A stretch of 41,953 nt of DNA, from positions 1 through 41,953 of the forward strand of contig ADNK01000256.1 in the NCBI GenBank assembly GCA_000320545.1, in the 5' to 3' direction. A model generated the notes under the pieces. The model did no database searches, had not been told where the DNA came from, and worked only from the letters and a program-made list of their open reading frames with translations. The stretch comes from Bigelowiella natans CCMP2755 (Eukaryota; Protista; Cercozoa). The position numbers were made by a program, and so were the translations under genes. This document shows positions 37,797 to 41,953 of the stretch, in pieces (the first letter of the stretch is position 1; each line of letters opens with the position of its first letter).

Positions 37797-40700
37797 ACAC
37801 CTTGTGTCCTGTTGACATTTTGTACCGCACTCACGAAGTCACAGACTGGTGCCACCCCCACCCCCATTACCGCCATACGGCTGTCGTTGTACGGGTAACT
37901 AAAGGGAGGTGGGAAACACGATGATATGAATAATGAGAGAAAGTGATGAAGAGTAGCAGCAGCATTTGGGGAGTTTGAGACGCGGTATCTACCACCAAAC
38001 AATGTATTGACTATATCGATATAAACCATACACTATGCTATAAAAAATCGTGTCTTCACAGCGTGCACCGAATAACGGATACACCTATAGTTCTCCTCAT
38101 TCCCCTCCCCTTCTTCTTCTCTCCTCCTCCTACTCTTCCAACACCACCACCACCACCAACAGCAACTACTACTAATTCTGCTACTAACACTACATCGGTG
38201 GCGCTAGCGACATCGCCGTCACCGAAGGTTCCTTGTAGTGCGAGTAAAGGACCGTGTCCGCGGCTTTCAGCGCGGCCATCAGGAACACCACGTAGAGAAC
38301 AGGAAAGAAAAATTGATTGATGATGCTTCGTTTCTCCCTCCGAGCAACTAAGAATCTCTTGTGTACCAACGCGCAGAGAGGGCCGTCGCAGCATCCCGCT
38401 TGCCCAAACCTGATGACAGCACAGGAAGAATGTAGGAAAAGAGGAGGAGGAGGAGGAGGAGGAAGAAGATACAGCGACACGACACATGTTAGTAACAATG
38501 ATGATATTGATGATGATTACGATGTTGATGATGATGATTAGAAGTTAAATCGCCGACCACCACCATCATCATGTATACTACAACCCTCATCGTTCCTTCT
38601 TCGCGTACTAACAAGTCGTTATATTATTACTTATACAATGGCAGCACGACGACTATGACCACCACCACCACCATTATCAACTAGATGATTGTATTACTCC
38701 TCATCAAGATTATCGTCGATGTGGCCTTCATAGTCATCCCCCTCCGTAACCAGGGTGCCAAGCTCACGAGATGCTGAGGATGGAGGGGGAGCCATCCTAG
38801 CACCATCTCTTCTCTCATAATATTGTCCGCGACGATGATGATTATGCTGCTGATAATGGCCATAACCACTAGGTGGCAGCCCAAGAAACATCTGCATTGC
38901 TCTTTCTCTCTCACGCCGTTCACTTTCCATCGCGTTAACGTGCACGATGCTAGAATTCCTGGCTGATTCCTCTTGGTTATGCTTCCTTGTAGGGGATTCC
39001 TGGGAGTAAGAGGAACGCACGTTGTTGTTGTTGTTGTTGTTGTTGTTGTTATTTTCGCCAATAGATGACAGCAAACCCGTCCCAGCAGCGGCATCTGCGA
39101 TTGTCGTTGCGGAGGAGTCATCATTGTTGTCGTCTATCAATTCAGTACCACCACCACCACCAGCAGCAGCAGCAGCAGCAGCAGTTTTATGATCATGAGC
39201 ATCGGTAGCAGCGCGTCGCCCTCCATTACCACTGCCACTGCTATTCGTGATGGAACCAGCAGCAGAAGCTTCAGTTGTCGCCTCTTTGGTGTGCTGTCTG
39301 TTGTGTTTTCCCTTGTTTTCTGAGAAAGATACGACATTCTCTCCACCACCACCACCAGCAGCAGCATCCCCCCCTCCTCTTCCTCCTTTGCTGTTTCTTT
39401 TATCTTCACGGCCATGATGGTCATTCTCCCCCCCCCCCCAGCTCTGAACTTCATCGTCGCCAATATGCGCATCCTCCTCCTCCTCCTCCTCCTCCTCCTC
39501 CTCCTCCTCCCCCCCTTCCTCCTCCTGATGTTCCTGTGCTATCTTAAAGAAAACTTCCTCGAGAGTGGCAAGGGAGATGCCGAAGTGTGAGACTCCAATG
39601 TCAGATTCAGTCTCTTCCAGCACCTTGAATAGGCGCGAGAAAGCCGCGACTTCGCCATAGGGCAACACCATGGACACCTGCTGCGCCTGCATAGCAGCAG
39701 CAGAAGGCTCCAAAGCATCCAGCCCCCCCCCTCCCATCCCCGCCGGGGAAAGCAGCACGGAGGACGCGGAGGAGAGGGAGAAGTGATGCCGCTGCTGGCG
39801 ATGGCGGTGATTGTCATCGTCGTCATCAGGAAGGCGATGGCGCTCGTCTTCCATAACCATTGTCGCGCCAGGAATTAGTCTTCTCACCACAGACGTGATA
39901 CTGGAGGTGGGTACGGTGGGGTGGGACTTCACCATGTCAAGCCGATAACCGCTGCCGAACCGATTTTTGAGGAAGAGAGATGAGCCGTAGCACTTCAGCC
40001 TTCCAGAGGCAAGTATGGCTATGCGGTCACCAAGGAGATCAGCTTCGTCCATGTGGTGTGTCGTCAGGATCATCATGCGCTGCTGCTGCTTGTAGCGCTG
40101 CAGCAGCGACCACACCTGTAGTAACGAGCCACCCATTGAGCAAAGATGATAAGATGGGGAATGATGATGGCACTGACGGACGTCGTGATCATGAACGATG
40201 AGCTCGGGTAGTCAATAGAGACAAACAACATTCTCTCTCCCTCTCTATCTCTCTCTCTTTAACATAAACACACACAAACACAAAACACACACACACACAC
40301 ACACAGATAGATAGATACATACCTGGTGGCGAGAGAGAGGATCTACACCTGCCGTCGGCTCGTCGAGGAAGATAACACGGCTACCACCAATAAGCGCAAT
40401 AGCGATGGACAGCCTTCGTTTCTGCCCGCCAGAAAGAGTCTTAGCCTGTGCGTCCCTTCTCTCGTTGAGATCCAACTCGCTGAGCTTCGTCTTCACCTCG
40501 TTATCGACCCCGCCGCTTGGAACACCCTTCAGCATTGCGTAGAACTCAAGATGCTCACGCACTGTGAGCTCGTCAAAGAGAATATCGGTCTGGGGGCAAA
40601 CGCCCATCACCCTTCTGAAATCGTCCATATGTACCATAAGGTCACGCTTAGGCGGCGTGTGGTGGAGATAAGATGCACCGGAGGATAGAGCTGTGCCTCC

Positions 40701-41691
40701 CCTCATAGTCCTTCTCCTACGGCCATGTCTGCTTCCTCGCAGCAGCCCTGCTGGCGTGTTACCTTTGCTATCAAGCACCTCCCCGTCCTCCAGGATGTAG
40801 TCTTCCTCGTCTTCTTCTTCATCATCTTCATCGTCCATTTGGTAGTGGTGGCTTTTCTCATCGTAATCATCATCATCGTCATCACTGTCGTCATACTCGT
40901 CGTAATGTGTGTTCTCCTCCATTTCGTCGTTGTCGTCCTCCTCTTCCTCCTCTACCCCCCCCACCCACAGTAAGCTGCCTTTAGTTGGCGCAAAAAGACC
41001 GGTGAGAATTCCGATGGTGGTAGACTTCCCTGCGCCGTTGTGCCCCAGCAGCGCAACGATTTCTCCGCTGTAGATTCGCATGGAAAGACCCTTAAGAGCG
41101 TGTACTGGTTGAGATCCCTCAGAGAAAGAGAGCGCAGAGGCAATGGAGGAGCAACACGGCAAGAGATAGGCCAGGATTTTATCCGTCCAACCTGCGGGGT
41201 TGAAGACTTTCTCCACGCCTCTCAGCTCTATGTGCTCGCGGTTCCTGATCTCCCAGCTGACAGCCTCGTGCGTCGTCGTCGTTGTCGTCGTGGTCATTTC
41301 TCCATTAGTTCCATGCACCCTGCCAGCAATTCTCCTCCTCCTCTCCCCTCCGGCGCTTTCTTTCATTTTGTACTCATTGGCTGTTGTATCGGTGCTAACA
41401 ACAGCACCAGCTGCCTTTTCCCCCTCCTCCTTACCCCCTCCCTTTTGGTCGTCGACATTGTCGTCATCGTCGTCGTCTGGATAGTAGTTGTGCGGTGGGG
41501 GGGGTAGTCGTTGCTGCTGTTTCTGATTGAAGTAGTTCTTCTTTCTATCGGAACCTCCTTCCCCTTGCCTCTTTCGCCTCTTCCTCCTCCTCCTCTTCCC
41601 CCCTCCCTGTGTTGCCTTGAGATCTGTCATTGTGATGCTGGTCACCGCTCCTGGCGTATTATCCCGCTCTATTTGCCCAACCTGCCGATAC
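34264..41691 (-). CDS. Full-size ABCA-family transporter, 3' portion (NBD1-TMD2-NBD2); continues beyond the window end
   Basis: Exons approx. 41691-40323, 40115-38698, ~38409-38203, ~37879-37801, 37528-35179, 34990-34264. NBD1: [64 protein letters not shown]2: [49 protein letters not shown]. Confidence 0.95.
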
Positions 41692-41719
41692 CTAGGGAGG
41701 GCGGTGGAGAGGAAGAAAA

Positions 41720-41763
<44 letters not shown>

Positions 41764-41953
41764 GGGGGGGGGGGGGGGGGGGAAGGGGGGAGACAAAAAT
41801 ATGCAAGGGGTTATAGTCATCTCCGGGGGGGGGGGAGGTCACTCAATACAGATACGGGGGGCTGTGAGCTACCCTGCTCCGCACAAAGTTCCGGGGGGGG
41901 GGGGGGGGGGGAGAGGGTTGCCTACTTAATGAGGGAGTGAGGGGGGGGGGGGG

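Noticed and set aside
1-41953. tRNA, rRNA, CRISPR arrays and intact mobile elements
   Set aside because: None recognised by eye: no repeat-spacer periodicity, LTR/TIR pairs or transposase motifs. A covariance-model scan was not possible.

Overview
Gene-dense, intron-rich (GT-AG) eukaryotic nuclear DNA. Most entries in the supplied ORF track are microsatellite artefacts, so genes were rebuilt by hand across introns. A chlorophyll-b synthesis gene plus signal-peptide + transit-peptide leaders suggest an alga with a secondary green plastid, most plausibly a chlorarachniophyte (inference). Twelve genes were reconstructed: the tail of a kinesin-9 (KIF6/KIF9)-like protein; a chlorophyllide a oxygenase (CAO) lacking its Rieske cluster ligands; a small putative plastid-targeted orphan; a NifS/Sec-lyase-like PLP enzyme; a DOT1-like methyltransferase; a secreted protein resembling zeta/theta carbonic anhydrases with all three metal ligands substituted; a mitochondrial SAM carrier; a Tic22-like protein; a secreted protein with His-rich and tandem 6-Cys domains; a secreted low-complexity protein; the peroxisomal carrier PMP34; and the 3' part of an ABCA transporter full of homopolymer insertions. 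The most unusual signals are the Rieske-less (split-type) CAO, a 780-nt intergenic tract almost devoid of TpA (suggesting local TA->TG/CA hypermutation) beside CTAG/TA-saturated intergenic tracts, and the ligand-less CA-like protein. All family assignments come from motif recognition, not database searches.
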